A stretch of DNA of 64,000 nucleotides from contig NC_042998.1 of NCBI RefSeq assembly GCF_006345805.1, positions 145,142,001 through 145,206,000 on the forward strand, given 5' to 3'. This document shows, piece by piece, positions 26,591 to 42,000 of the stretch. The DNA comes from Octopus sinensis. Lineage: Eukaryota. Positions within the stretch are counted from its first letter, which is position 1. The number at the start of each line of letters is the position of its first letter. A model generated the notes under the pieces. That model was not told the DNA's origin, did not search any database, and was given only the letters and a program-made list of their open reading frames with translations. A program made the position numbers and the translations under genes.

Positions 26591-26865
26591 ATATAAATAT
26601 ATATGTCAGTATATGTATGTATATATATGTCTATGTATATATATATGTCTATGTATATATGTATATGTATATATATATATATGTATGTATATGTGTGTAT
26701 CTATCTATTTGTATGTGTATGTATGTATGTGTATATATATATGTGTATATATATGTATCTTTGTATGTGTATATATGTATATGTACATATGTATGTATAT
26801 ATATATATGTATATATATATGTATATGTGTATATATCTGTACATATATACATGAGTATTTATATG

Positions 26866-26930
<65 letters not shown>

Positions 26931-26931
26931 G

Positions 26932-26979
<48 letters not shown>

Positions 26980-26992
26980 TATGTGTGTATAT

Positions 26993-27220
26993 ATGCATAT
27001 ATATGTATATGTATGTGCACATATATGTATCAAAAGGATGTGTTATAATACTATTTACATATAAAAAACAACCATATGAAAATATATCCATGTTGTATAT
27101 ATATATATACATATATATACAACATCGATATATTTTCATATGGTTGTTTTTTATATGCGAAATAGTATTATAACACATCCTTTTGATACATATATGTGCA
27201 CATACATATACATATATATG

Positions 27221-27223
<3 letters not shown>
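26993..27223. repeat. About 105-bp inverted repeat with TA-rich spacer
   Basis: Arms about 26993-27097 and 27118-27223 are near-perfect reverse complements; a third copy lies at about 27599-27700. Confidence 0.85.
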
Positions 27224-27267
<44 letters not shown>

Positions 27268-28013
27268 TGATAGTAATGGTAAGACAACAAAAGTATGAAA
27301 GAGACCTCGATATTATTTGAATAGAGGAATTTATCTGTAAATATAATATGTGACAATTATTCGGTATATAAAGTGGTCCAACTCACAGGATATAAATGAA
27401 ATTAATGAAATGAAATGAGTTAAAAATTCGGGAAGAAAGTGAAGCGATGGACTGGCGTCCCGTCCAGCTGGGGAACATATATACCATAGAAACCGGGAAA
27501 CCGGGCCCATAGGCTTTAAAAAGGGCGCATTTATTTTTCACGGTGGTGCATCAGCAAGGTCGTCGCTCTGAGCTGAAACTAAAAAAAAATATATTTTATA
27601 CAACATCGATATATTTTCATATGGCTGTTTTTTTTATATGTGAAATAGTATTATAATACATCCTTTTGATACATATATGTTCACATGCATATACATATAT
27701 ATACACATATATATATGCATATATATACACACATACAGTATGGTGTAGTGGGGAAGGAGTTATACTTCCTTATTAGGAGAGAGGCTTTAGTGTAGAGGTG
27801 TAAGAAGATCAGGGGTTAACTTTAAATAGAGTTAGATACAAAAATATAAAATAGAGTTAGCTAGAGAAATGTAAAAATAGTATTGAAAGTGTAAGTTCAT
27901 TTGGAATGAATGAAATATTAAGTTATTACTAGAATCGAATAAAATGAAATATAACGGATTAAGATAAAATAAAATAAAATATAATAAAAGTAAAGCAAAT
28001 GAACAGATTAAAT

Positions 28014-28400
28014 AAGTGGCTGTGTGGTAAGTAGCTTGCTAACCAACCACATGGTTCCGGGTTCAGTCCCACTGTGTGGCATCTTGGGCAAGTGTCTTCT
28101 GCTATAGCCCCGGGCCGACCAATGCCTTGTGAGTGGATTTGGTAGACGGAAACTGAAAGAAGCCTGTCGTATATATGTATATATATATATGTGTGTGTTT
28201 GTGTGTTTGTGTTTGTCCCCCTAGCATCGCTTGACAACCGATGCTGGTGTGTTTACGTCCCCGTCACTTAGCGGTTCGGCAAAAAAGAGACCGATAGAAT
28301 AAGTACTGGGTTTACAAAGAATAAGTCCCGGGGTCGAGTTGCTCGATTAAAGGCGGTGCTCCAGCATGGCCGCAGTCAAATGACTGAAACAAGTAAAAGA
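28014..28400 (+). mobile_element. tRNA-derived SINE
   Basis: A/B-box-like head (TGGCTGTGTGGTAAG...GGTTCAGTCCC), internal simple repeat, tail GACTGAAACAAGTAAAAGAG; related pieces elsewhere in the window. Confidence 0.75.
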
Positions 28401-28898
28401 GAAAAGAGAAAAGAGAAAAGAGAGATATGAAGATAATTTAAATATATTAAGATAATTAAGCTAGGGAAGAGTGAAAATATAAGTAGTAAAGTGTTATATA
28501 ACGATTAAAGACAGAAGGTAAATATACTAATTTAATTAAATAAGATTATGCCATATCTCAACTATGTTTAAGTGAAAGTGTAAGAAAATTATACAGAGGT
28601 ACTTGTCTTACTGTGGCAAAATCGAAAGGTTTTAAAGAATTTATGAACACAAGAGGAGAACACTTCATGTTGTTTGTTTAATAATTATGTTGGATTATGT
28701 AATAGTATTTGTATAGATTATTTCAAGCATAGCCAACACGGAGTATTTTAACTCTAGCATGGAGGACCCAAATCAATAATGAATCAAGTAATGTCGTATG
28801 ACCTATTGTTTCCCAAGGTTGTGTATATGGTTGGCTAGAGAAGTAGATTTACTGAGTATCGTTGATTTAAATTAACAGTTGCACCAATGTAAATCTTG

Positions 28899-28967
<69 letters not shown>

Positions 28968-29028
28968 TTCAAAATTATGTATATGGTACATATATAGTTT
29001 CAAAATTTTCTTTATGGTCCTTCTAAAT

Positions 29029-29077
<49 letters not shown>

Positions 29078-29099
29078 CTGAACCTTTTATTCCATTAAG

Positions 29100-30190
29100 G
29101 TCTAGAATAATTTAGAAGGACTGAGATTCATTTGACCGGGCAAATTAGACTTAGGCAAATTAAATAAATTTATTATTGACAAATTTATAACTGTTCTGAG
29201 AAATAAGATTAGATTGGAACTTTGGTCTACTACATAAGAGGTAATAGGTTGGTTCAATCATATTGAAAACAAGGACATATATAAATTCATGCAAGTTGAT
29301 ATTAATGATTATTATTCCTCCATTAACCCAATAGCTTTTAATAAAACATTTTTATTTGCCAAGAAAAACTCCACTAAAACAAATACTGACAATTACTATA
29401 ACCATAATTCTGATACGAATAATACCATAAGGCAAATTATCCCTTTTGGAAAACAGATAAAAACTAACGTAATTAAATGTTTGCGTGGATTAATAACTAA
29501 AAACTTTACTAATAATAAATATAGTGAAATAATTGATAATACGAAAATTAGAATAGCGTTCTCTTCATCTCGTAATCTATTTCGAATTATATCCTCAATT
29601 AACAACCGAAAACTAGATTATTTTTATGAGAATCGTAAAATAGACACTCTTTCATTGAATACACAACATGATAAATCGGCCATGACAAATGGTGATGATT
29701 TTACTTCAAATAGTGAATGAGAAACAGCTCACTAGAACTCCTTTGTTATAATCAATAAAAAGCTGATGAAAATAAATTTTGTAATTGTAAGAACAAGCCC
29801 AACTGTAAATTTAATAATTTCTGTAAACACAATAATCTGGTATATCAGGCAATTGTTAAATCTGTAAGTAATAATTATTTTTATATTGGGGCAACTGAAT
29901 GTTCTATAAAGAAAAGAATAGCTAACCACGAAAGTAGTTTTGAGAACCGTCTAAAAATTAACAATACAAGTCTTAGTTCATTTGGAGAATAAAGAACAGC
30001 AATAAGAGTTATACTAAGAGTTATAAAATGAAATGGAAAATTATGAGTCACGCTAAACCATATAGTATCAATGACAGGCGATGTGAACTTTGTGTAGAAG
30101 AAATTTATCAAATATCACCTTCCAGACATCAACTACTTAATTCTAGAAATGAAAAGTTTATTCTGTGTACACGTTTCGAAGTATATTTTC
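29100..30190 (+). mobile_element. Internally deleted Penelope-like element (RT catalytic core missing, GIY-YIG retained)
   Basis: KLDLGKLNKFIIDK, FMQVDINDYYSSI, then a jump to the linker IPFGKQIKTN; GIY-YIG NLVYQAIV...FYIGATE...RIANH; RCELCVEE; preceded by (TA)n. Confidence 0.8.
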
Positions 30191-31268
30191 TCTTAATATT
30201 GCTAGACTATATATCAAATACATACAAATAATGTAATATGAAGTAATAAAGTACAAACATGTAATATGTAATTTTTGTATAAATGAAATTGTAATAATTA
30301 ACATGATCAATTTAGCAATATAATTACTATGTAAAGAGACAGTCTTCATTAGGAATAATCTTGTTCTTTCAATAATACATAATCTGATGATGTAATACAC
30401 TAAATCTGTGCTGCTATGTAATATGCAATTTTTCCCTTTCTGAACCATGAATTTATTAACAATAATAAAACTCTTATTTTAATAATCTTGATTAACTTTA
30501 ATTCATTTTGTAAAAAATATTAAAATTTATTATCACAATTTTTTTTTTTGCTTAATACAAAAAGGTTTTTATACGCATGCACACACATACACACATATAT
30601 ATAACAGATATATACATATGTATAAACAAACACATATTCATACGCTACGCGTTAACAGGAGTTATTTATATACAGATATATAAATTATACATAGTTTTAA
30701 CGGCTATCCTCTTCAAATTAAACTACACAGATACATAAACGAATCAATCTGATTCGATAAGATTTTATGATAATAAATACATAGGCATAATACACAATGA
30801 TTATGTAAACGAATAGAAATTTACATAGATAACGGTTTTATTTTTATCTTACTTTATATTATATATCTATTATTATTTGGTTTTCATTTTTACTTTTACC
30901 CTTGTACTATATTTTTAATTTTTTAATATCATTTTTTAGATTAGTAGCATAGACATACAAACACTAAAATATACATTTCTTAACTTTCTTAGTCTATTGA
31001 TAAAACCCAATCCATCAACATGTAACTCTTTCTATTGTACTCTAGCCCTGATGAGATTCTGCCCAATATTTTCAAAATGGAATTTTATTCTAACTTTTGG
31101 ATTTATTCCAATCTTTGAATTTGCAATTATATATTGGACTGAATTTAAACGAAAGTAGTCTTTATTTGGCAGTATGTTAACAAATTAATTTTATATCCTT
31201 ACAACTTTCCATTCTTCTTCTTTAATCACACACACACATATATGTATATGTATGTATGTATATATATA

Positions 31269-31309
<41 letters not shown>

Positions 31310-31395
31310 CATACATATTTATACATTTATATGCATATATATGTACATATGTATATATGTAGATATATATATTTGTATATGTATGTATATATATT

Positions 31396-31435
<40 letters not shown>

Positions 31436-32048
31436 CATCCATATATATATATATATACATTTATATGCAATTATATGTAAGTATGTATGTATATATATAT
31501 GTATATATATACCTACACAAATACATATACATACATAATACAAGAATACATGTATACATACATACGTATATACATATATATATATTCCTAGGGTTAATTG
31601 CGATCTATTTAACAGAAACAGGTTGTTGCTGGGAGTTATAGAACAGACAAATAGACCTCACCTCATATAAAAAAACAAAAACAAAAGAAAAGACGAAACA
31701 AAACAAAAGCAAACTAGACCCCACCCGCGGAAAATATGAAAAACAACACACACACAAATACAAACAGAGGCACACACGCACACGCATACGAACATACACA
31801 CAAATCCCTTTAAAGTCTTTCAGATCTGGGGGAAATATTATTGAACTTTCGAATCTCTTTGATCTTTCAAGTATAATTATCTACAAATATTTATTGATTT
31901 TCTTATCTGTTTGATAAATCAGTTTATATGTTTAAACTTTTAAGGCTGTGCCTACTGAATATGCCACACACAGACAGAAACACAACCCCCCTCTCTCTCT
32001 CTCTCTCATTGTATACATACGTATATACATTCACTCATACATACAAAC

Positions 32049-32325
<277 letters not shown>

Positions 32326-32689
32326 AAAAGTGCTGACAGCCATCACTCACGATCGAGTATAGCTTGGTAACATGTACAATGCTTTCTCAAATTTGTTTTA
32401 AGCGCCTGTATAGTCGCGAGCAGACACAGTCCCCCTCTTGGTTTTCCCCTCCTCTCATCCTCGACCCAATGTAACATTGGGGTTGCAACAGCTGGAAGGA
32501 GAGAGAAGGTCGCATTAGTATTTGTTTAGTAGACATTTTTGTTGAATAAACTGAAGCAACATAAAATGAAGTTGTCTTGTTCAAAGACACAATTCGTCGC
32601 ACTGTTCAAGAAATTAAACCACATGCTTATGACCATTAACTGAAATCTCTGAGCACTAAATCGCACCCTTTTACATTTGTGTATGTGTG

Positions 32690-32777
32690 TATGTATGTAT
32701 GTATGTATGTATGTATGTATGTATGTATGTATGTATGTATGTATGTATGTATGTATGTATGTATGTATGTATGTATG

Positions 32778-32809
<32 letters not shown>

Positions 32810-32837
32810 TGTATGTATATGTATGTATGTATGTATG

Positions 32838-32871
<34 letters not shown>

Positions 32872-32885
32872 TGTATGTATGTATG
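32690..32885. repeat. (TATG)n microsatellite
   Basis: Direct reading. Confidence 0.95.
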
Positions 32886-32999
32886 TTCTCATCTGTTTTT
32901 TAATTTTTTTAATGTTTCTCTGAGGAAAGAGCTGCTTTCTAACAAAAATACAAAGCCCCATTGTTGAAATATAGATAACAGAAAACAATGCTACATTCT

Positions 33000-33900
33000 A
33001 AACCTGAAAAAAGTCTTGCACATTTTTACTGTTCACTTACAGATTGTATTTGTAATGTGCGAATTAGCTGGTTAATTTCTTTTTCTGAAAACCCTTACTT
33101 ATCCAGATTGCCACTTATGTATTTACCCACAAAACCAGGTGCACCAACTATTATTGGTAGAAATGTGAATTTATAATCTAGATATAGATGGCTTGAGTTT
33201 TCGAAGCAGTTGTCCATAATTATCCTCTTTCTTTGATCTGACAGCCGATCTCCATGACGGTACACACTTTTTCTTACCTGTTTCAAACGATATCCGGCGT
33301 GTTATGTTTACAATTGACAGATGTTTTGATTGGGATGTTCCCCCAATATTCCTTGTGCTGGTGTTTGTGTATGAATTCAATAACAAGTGGATTGTCTATA
33401 TTTATTTCAGAACAATTTTTTTCCGAATGGCATTGCATATTATTTTCGCGACAACATCATGTCGCAAAAGGAAGTAGTACCTTGATGACACTTTTGGACA
33501 GCTGTTAAGCACATGTGTGACGTCTTCTACAGAAATATGACATAATCAACATTTTCGCTTGCATCTTGGAGCTCCAAGGGCTTCGCTGTCTCTTTTGCTC
33601 ATTAGGTATTTACTGGCATTCTCCTGTTCTTGGTTTGCAAATGCATAACCGAAGTGTGATGTAGTGGTCACGAGTCCAAGACAGGCTTCGCTTCATGTCG
33701 ATATTACTCTCTTCTTCAAATCTTCAGGAAACATACCCATGCATAGTTCTTTTTTTTTATATACTGAGTGTTTTACATCCAGGTTTTCTTTGAAGCATGT
33801 TAGTTCGGCTGTTTTGGAGGGTGTATGTTGGGTAATCAGTAAGAAAGTGTTTCCTGAGAAGCTCGCTACTGACACGTAGAATATTGTTCTTTTCACTTTT
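33000..33900 (-). mobile_element. Degenerate 3' fragment of an RLE-type non-LTR element (R4/Dong-like)
   Basis: EYWGNIPIKTSVNCKHNTPDIV and YKFTFLPIIVGAPGFVGKY resemble restriction-like endonuclease C-termini; heavily interrupted. Confidence 0.55.
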
Positions 33901-34636
33901 CAGCACTGAGTTAGTGTTTTTATTTTTGCTGCTGTTTAACAAATGCTATCAGAAAGAGACTAAAATGTGTCTCTGTGCTGTTGAAACCGGCTAAATTATT
34001 GTCACTGTTTCGTTTTGCCAAATTCACATCTGAATGATAAGGCCTACGCACAGGGGCGTCCAACTGTGACAATGCCTTCATTTTGTATACCTTGGATTAT
34101 ATTTTCCAATGTGTTCGTTTGTTAAGATGAGAGGGTTTTGAAGACGCTTAGTTATCATTTCTAGCGGATCGAGCGACCGTGTAGAGGCTCAAAGCAGGGT
34201 TTTATCTGAGGGAGATTTGGGTGTTATTTCTTATCGGTTGAGCTACCACATCATCTACGTAGTTGCTTGGTCTGTTAGAGAGAATATAACCAAATCTTCC
34301 TAAAAAAAACACCCTGATGTCTCTATTAAATTTTGTTTTTTTAAGATTTTTATTCATGGAGATAGCGCATGTCCATACCTTATCCCACCATCGTAGCAGG
34401 CATTAAGGTGGGGGTGTCTCTTCAATCTATACTGTATTAACTTAAGTGTATATCAAGTTTCAGATATATCTCTCGCATTCTTTCTCTTGTATATCACCTA
34501 TTTACTGTTACTTGTAACAACACAGTCTTGTACAGATGATATCCCCTTTTATTTCTTTTTATCCTTTCTCATCGTTCGTTACATTTAAATACAAGAACGG
34601 TAGTTCTTAGTGAATTATAAATGCCGGTTTCGGTGT

Positions 34637-34681
34637 CTATAGTTGATGAGGCGTAACGACGCTGAAACACGTGGCCTGCAG
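34637..34681 (+). ncRNA. Decayed minimal type I hammerhead motif
   Basis: CTATAG-TTGATGA-GGCGT(aacg)ACGCT-GAAA-CACGTG-GC-CTGCAG; C3 to T, U16.1 to G and two helix I mismatches. Confidence 0.55.
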
Positions 34682-35528
34682 TCTAATGATAGCCTTCTTC
34701 GCCCAGTAAATGTTTTTCACACACATTGTCTCTAAAGAGAATATCTCTCCAGAGATACTTTTTCCAGGGAAGGCCTTTCTGAGTTTGAGTGTACACGAAC
34801 GTGTTAAATACAATTGTACACTCCTGTAAAATTGTATAATGTAATAAAGTGTTTTGACTAGTTTCAAAATAGTGTCCTGATTCAAATCGATAATACTTTC
34901 AATTTTTAAATCACAAATTATTCCAACATTTTCAATATTTTTATACTTTCATGCCTGTTGATTGAATTATTTCATTCATCGGAGTTGAATCCATTCACTC
35001 TCTGCCAAGAACCATGACAAGACGTGAACATGGCCTGCCTTCTGGTCTTGTAAATCTTCGGAAAGTAAAGTTGATTATAGAGATGAAAAAAAAAATGTTC
35101 TGAATACTTTACATGAGATAAAGCAAGAAATGGAAATACGAACAATTACTTAGACGAAACAAATTAATAAGTAATGACGTTTCTCGAATTGTAATTTCAT
35201 ACAGCAGACAAGATGTAATTAGGGTACCCCTCGGGGACATGTTTGGCTTTCTTTTCTATAAAGTTTCATATAATGTCTCGCCACCTGTTCATACTCAGCA
35301 TAGGAATTTGTCACGAACGAAAACCTACTTTTGCTAAAATACCGAGTAGGCTGGTTGGTTAGTATTCGCTGTGTGGTAGATGGTGACAATATTTTATTTA
35401 ACAGAATTCGCAATGATTTAAGCTGTGGCGTTATTATTATAGCTTAAGAGTTGATGCTACCCATTTGTAGTATGGTTTATTTTTACAAAAAATAAAAAGA
35501 ATATAAAACATACACGCACGTACGCACG

Positions 35529-35623
<95 letters not shown>

Positions 35624-36255
35624 AACGTATTTGGCAATGTGCGGATGGCGAAAAGCTATGTTTATCGCAATATCAATGAATGTATTATTCACTGTTTCCT
35701 ATGTATTGAAGTCAACAGATTTCATTTAGACAGGCGATTTGAGAGTTCATGTCACTGACAAGGCTGAAAAAAGCCGAAATGCATTTGGCGTTCTTGCTAG
35801 CAACTACTGGGACGATTTTCGTCTCCTTCTGATAGATGTTATGTTTTTAAACACAACACGTCTATAAAAGGTTTTTTTTTTCATCTCTGACGAAAACTGC
35901 AGTGTCTATTGTATATGTACGTTAAGTACGATACATAGATGGCAATTTCACTTTGCATGTTGCGGATTAAGGGCTTACGGTAAAACACGGAGTTTCTGTA
36001 TAGCTGGTTGTTATATCATAGTATGGCTATGGGACTAACAGAATATCCTCCTCCTCCGCCTCATCATCATTGGCCTAATGTTCAGTAATCGATGCTTGCA
36101 TGGGTCAGATGAAATTACGTCGGAGCAGAGTTTCTACAGCCCGTTTCACCCCACCCCAGACACCAAACTACATCTGTTTTCAAGAATGTTATTTATCCCA
36201 TAATCTGTCGAACAACGAACAGCGTGGACTTGTCAGGTGGAGAACTAGAAACAAA

Positions 36256-36645
36256 CTAGCAGTATCGCCCGGCGTTGCTCAGGTTTGTAAGGGAAATAAC
36301 TATAAAGCATTTTTAGAGAGTTATAGCCAAAAAATAGCAAAAAAATGGAAAAAAAATGATGGTAAATTTTTTTGGAGAGTTAAAAAAGGTGGAGTTGCGT
36401 CCCCTAGACGGTCTGTGGTTTGGGTTTCTGATTCTCGACCCCATGTCGAATTTATCGATTTTTTTTCAGAACTGGGGGAACTTTTCAAAATTTTCGCTGC
36501 GTTAGTTTTGAATTATGACATTGGTCTATGTGTGTGTCAAGTTTCATCAGAATCGGTTGAAAGCCGTGGTCAGAGTGAGGGTACGAGAAAACAGACACAC
36601 AGAAAACGCACAGACAAACTGCCGTTTATATAGAGAGAGAAGAGA
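36256..36645 (-). mobile_element. Helitron-like non-autonomous element
   Basis: Minus strand: A|TC at 36645, 3' GCAACGCCGGGCGATACTGCTAG|T at 36256. Confidence 0.8.
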
Positions 36646-37799
36646 TGACACTGTTTTGGTGAACATTTTGTCTACAAAGGTCGTATAACAAGACATGTCA
36701 TTAAGCTCGGACACGCTTTCAAGTTGGACTGCAAGGAAACGACACCGCCTGTATGGACGGCAAGATTGTTGTTTACATTAAAAAAAACACAATGCAAAAA
36801 TGAGGGGAAAAACGAACTCACTCACACAAACACATTTACGTACACAAACATATGAACATATATTCATAAACACACACATATATATATGTACTCGTATGAT
36901 TATATGACAGGCTTCAGTTTCTGTCTACCAATTTCACCTACTAAGTATCTATTTGTCGATTCACAAAGTATTGGTTGTATACAACGCCATCCTACAAGGT
37001 TCATGCAGTGGGACCGAATCCTTAATCGCGTGGTTATGAAGCGAATTATTTTTAACCATGCAGCCATATAGAATAATATAAATGAGGTTCTGCATTGCAA
37101 GTGCCTGAAGATTCATTTGGAAAGTAATATTTTTTTGTGACTAATTTCAAAACCGTCAGAAATTTGGTAAATTATAAAGTATAAGTGATTTTTTACAAGC
37201 TACTAAGAGATCTTCAATGCCGTCACTCAATTTATTAGTAATAAGAGCTGAATTGCCTTTAAATCAATTTATATCTCCGAATAAAAGGAACAAATGTCTT
37301 GCGGAGTTGTATACTGTAACTGTGTGTCCCAAAAGAAGGAATGATAACCACGTTTGGAATGCCGGCTGAACGATAGACAACGTGATACTGATTACACAGA
37401 TCAACATATCGGTTATGTAAAGTCTTAAATTTTTTTTAAAGCGAAGATATAAAGTGCTGCATTATACTTAAGGAGTCCGACTCATTTGTGTGAGATAAGT
37501 CTGCTCGAAGTCTAGACAATAAGAGTTTAAGCCATACATACATATATGCATGTATGCATATTTTCTTATGTGCACAGGGATTCGTAAAGACGGGTCCACA
37601 TAAAATCCGTGAAATGCTTGAGTTCTCAAAAAAAAAACAAAAAAAAAAACAGATGCAGTTGGTCAAAACTGCGAAAATTTGTAAAACATTTTAGAGATTT
37701 TCTTTTCCAGGTTCCTGGACGAGCATCTGCATATAATCATAAATACATATCGAATACGCATGCTGTCACACGTAAACAGTAAATGAGTCCACACACGCA

Positions 37800-37847
<48 letters not shown>

Positions 37848-38050
37848 TGTAATAACGTGATACGTTCACTCACTACGCAAATGCACATTTATTCACACGC
37901 AGACGTATATATATGGTTGAAATGCACAGAAAACAAAAGACAGAGACAGGCGAGGGAACAACAAGCAGATGTATTAGTTTGACACTCAGGAAAACGGAGT
38001 CTTTGATGTTTCGAGTGTTCGTTCTTCGACAGAAAGAGATAAGAGGAAAA

Positions 38051-38096
<46 letters not shown>

Positions 38097-40403
38097 GGGG
38101 GGAGAGAGGAAAAATGAACGTGTAGAGATTAATGGTTACACACACATTTCCTAAAAATGTAAGAAAATACATAAATTATCGAGAAAATTTCTGTTAGCCG
38201 TTCTAGTCACCAATGGAAGTTTCTCACTGTATAACCAACCGTCATTGGCGTGTCCTGTGTTATCTCCAATTATTTTAAGTGCCCATGTAGTTTTGAGCAG
38301 ACATAGACATCCTTGTGGTCTCTCCACCCTTGATCCCATGGAAACATCGAGAATATAGCAAGAGCCGCACCAGTACTCAGCAAATCTTCGTTTTCAGTTG
38401 TGTCGCTCAATCCAGGAATTGAACCACAATCCTATGATCACGAGCCGAACCCTCTAACCATTCGACTTAATACAGAAGACTTTAACCTTTAGCACATTAT
38501 ATATGCATCATGTCACTGTATGAGTTTCCTCCCTTGTAGTAACAGGGCAGTGGCAGGGGAAATAATTCTGGAGAAACTGCAGTGTACTAAAGGTTAATAG
38601 GAAAGGGTTTGGGAGGAAGATTTATGACATCTTATTCTGAATGGTGTCAATGAGGTGAAATACGTTTTATAGAAATCAAAACCGGCTAGAAAACTCAGTT
38701 TTATTTTCTAGAAACTGGAATCTATCTGAGATAAGGATTTCTAAGTCTGGAACAATATTGGTGTCATACACAAATATTGGCGTTGATGGTGGTAGCATAT
38801 GTGTGTGTGTGTGTGTGTGTGTATGTGCGTCTATATGTGTGTATATGTGGATGTGTGTGTAAATATATGTGCGCGGCGTGCTGTATGTGTGTATGTTTGT
38901 GTATGTGCGCGCGCGTGTATATGTGTGTATATGTGTGTGTACATGCGTGAATATATGTACGTATAGATGTATGTATGTATTTATGTAGATATGCATGCAT
39001 GCATATATGTATGTACGTATTTGTGTTTGTGGGTGTGTGTGTGTGTATGTACATGCGCGCGCGACTATGCGTACGTGTCTGCGCGCGCGTGTGTGTGTGT
39101 CCGTATGTGCGTATGTGTGTATAGCCGAAATAACTATGTATGCTTGAATGTATGTATGTATGTTTATACGTATTTGTGTGTGTGTGTGTGTGTGTACGTA
39201 TGTGTGTATGTGTGTGTATGTCTATATAGCCGGAATTACTACCGCTGTGACATCGATTAACAAACCCCACAACATTGCCACCAACAAAAAGAGACAGCTC
39301 ACAATCTAAATCGGTCAACTTGCGATTCAAAGATTATTTAGCTAAAAAAAAATAAATAAAAGACGAGAAAATAGTCGAATGGTAGTAATCACTAAACATC
39401 CACCACTACTTCCACAAACGTCACCACCACCGCAACTACCATCACCGCTGCCGTCATCCTCATCGCCAACACCATCACCACCAGCGTTGCTGCTACCACC
39501 ACCAATCAACCGTTGTCACAGGCTCCATCACCACCATCATTCCTACTCCCCCATTGGACAAGCACCATCGCCACCCCCACCCCCACCCCACCCCACCCCA
39601 CCCCCACCCCCTGCCGCCGCCACCACCACCACCACCACCATAATATCCAATACCATCCGCACCACCACTACCATTACCACCACTAACACCACCATCACCA
39701 TCAGTCTCTCAATGTAACATGTTGATCCGTTGTCGAAGAAAAAAAAATGGTGCAGGAAATTCTACGGTTTCTTTATATAGTTGATTGATTTATCATCTCA
39801 GTAATATCTTTTAATAACTAGCTCTAGCTCTCCTTGTTTGTTTGTTCTTGCTGCTTGCTGATGCTGTTATCACAGTTATTTTTGATACACTTTCTCTTGT
39901 TTTTATAATTGTTTCTTTACTGTTATTGTTTTTAACTTGACTGTTCCTTCAGTGTATTTCTTATTTCCGGTCGTTCGCGAAATCTTCTGCTGTGTCTCTT
40001 GTGATTTTTTAAAAAATTTCTTCTTTTATAATAATGAATATATCTGTTTTATATCATAATCGAAATTCGTCAATTTATTATTTTGTTTTTAGCATCCATC
40101 TATTTTTCTTTTTCTATTACCCTTTCTTGCAAAAATTAAGCAAGTATGCTCTAGTAGCTCGCAGATATTGAAGTACATATGAAAACTAGAGTATTACTCA
40201 TATAGCGACTAACTTTGGAAGCATACATTCGCTACCATGGGTAATATATGGTACACTGAAAATAATTATAAATCAACATTTTTAAAAATAAAAGTTTCTG
40301 ATGCATATACAAAATTATGAAGTGAATATTGATTTTCAAAAGAAAAATATTTATTGTACTAACATAAAATCAAATAAAACAAATTTCTCATTTACAATAA
40401 GTA

Positions 40404-40585
40404 CAGGGTGGGCCAAAAGTCACGTACAAAATAAGTTCAATACGCCCCGGAATTGTCAAGGACATGCTTCATTTTTTTAAAATTGAATAAAATAATGTAC
40501 TTGTACTTGATGAACAGAATGAATAATAAAGATAACGTAATATAAATAGTCAAATGCGTTGGTGCGTGACTTTCGGACCACCCTG
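40404..40585. mobile_element. Tc1/mariner-type MITE
   Basis: TA flanks at 40402-40403 and 40586-40587; TIR CAGGGTGGGCCAAAAGTCACG / CGTGACTTTCGGACCACCCTG. Confidence 0.85.
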
Positions 40586-41136
40586 TATATGTTATTATTT
40601 TTCTAAATTTTATCAGCATAATTACAATCTACTCTATCGAAAACTTATCCCTGCAAAATTTTATGAAAATGAATGTGTATCTTTTGAAAGTTATAAGACT
40701 TATAAACCTGTTTTGCAATAAATCCCTCTGTATCTTTTTTTTTTTGCACTTTCTTTTCCTCTCTCTATGCAATGTAAAGCGTGACTGAAGATTACAACGA
40801 ACGAACGAACGAACGAACCAACCAACCAACCAACTAACATTTATATCGGCTATTTTTATTTAGAGACAGAATGGTACTTCTCATATGATGGGTAACTTTG
40901 GCAGTATACTTTTGCTCCCATGGGTAAATAAGGTAATATGTTATTCATACAATAATTATAATTTAATTTTTATCAAATTTCTTGGTGGTTACACAAAATG
41001 ATGAAATGAATATTGATTTACGAAAGAAAATATTTATAACCTGAAAATATATTATATAAAACATATTTCTCATATCTCTCTTCTCCCATAACTACTCTGT
41101 CCTTTACACCACTTCTTCTTCCTCTGTCTCTATGAT

Positions 41137-41182
<46 letters not shown>

Positions 41183-41482
41183 TAGCGTTCCTTTACTCAT
41201 TGCCTGACGCATAACTCGAATGTGCACTTATCGTACACCTCTTATTTTAACGATATCTCTATCTCTCGTTTACTCTCTTTCATCCTCTCTGTACGACTGG
41301 AGATCACCCAACAAACATTTACATAGACAATGATTATGCAGAGATTTTCTTGTAGTATATTTCTGGCAAGTCAGCACAGTGGAAATCTCCCATTTCTAGT
41401 AAAAGATTTTATATCCGCCACTGAATGACGGTAGAATGACAAACACAAAGACGCGCACACGCACACATTCGTATGTACGTAG

Positions 41483-41522
<40 letters not shown>

Positions 41523-41581
41523 AAACACACACACATACACAGACACACAGACACAGACACCCACACACACACACAGACACA

Positions 41582-41648
<67 letters not shown>

Positions 41649-41689
41649 GTAAGCTCCGCAATGTCCCAAAGTTCCCTTATAACAATATA

Positions 41690-42000
41690 TATTGGTTCAT
41701 TTTTTCTGTTATTAATCTGGTGTAAGTGTTGCTCTAAAATAGTGGAGTTTTGCATATGATATCTTCGCAGTGTTCCTACTAAAAATACTATGGTATCTAT
41801 TTGATTTAAGGAAATATTTATCTAAAACGGCGAAAAACTCCCTAGTGATCTTCGTTGACACATGTGAACCGTGGATTGGGTTATACCAGAGTACGTCGTG
41901 TTCCTTATATTTGTTGTTTAGCTTATTGATTCCAGAGTGTTGTACTGGGTTGCGACGTATACGTATAGCAATATACACTAGACTGTGTGAATATGTCCGT
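41690..42000 (-). mobile_element. Penelope-like element fragment (RT-endonuclease linker)
   Basis: VLWYNPIHGSHVSTKITREFFAVLDKYF...IFSRNTAKISY matches the post-RT linker seen in the other AT-rich PLEs here. Confidence 0.6.

Noticed and set aside
31040-31100. CTGATGA downstream of the 29100-30190 PLE
   Set aside because: No GAAA, helix III or helix I partner found.
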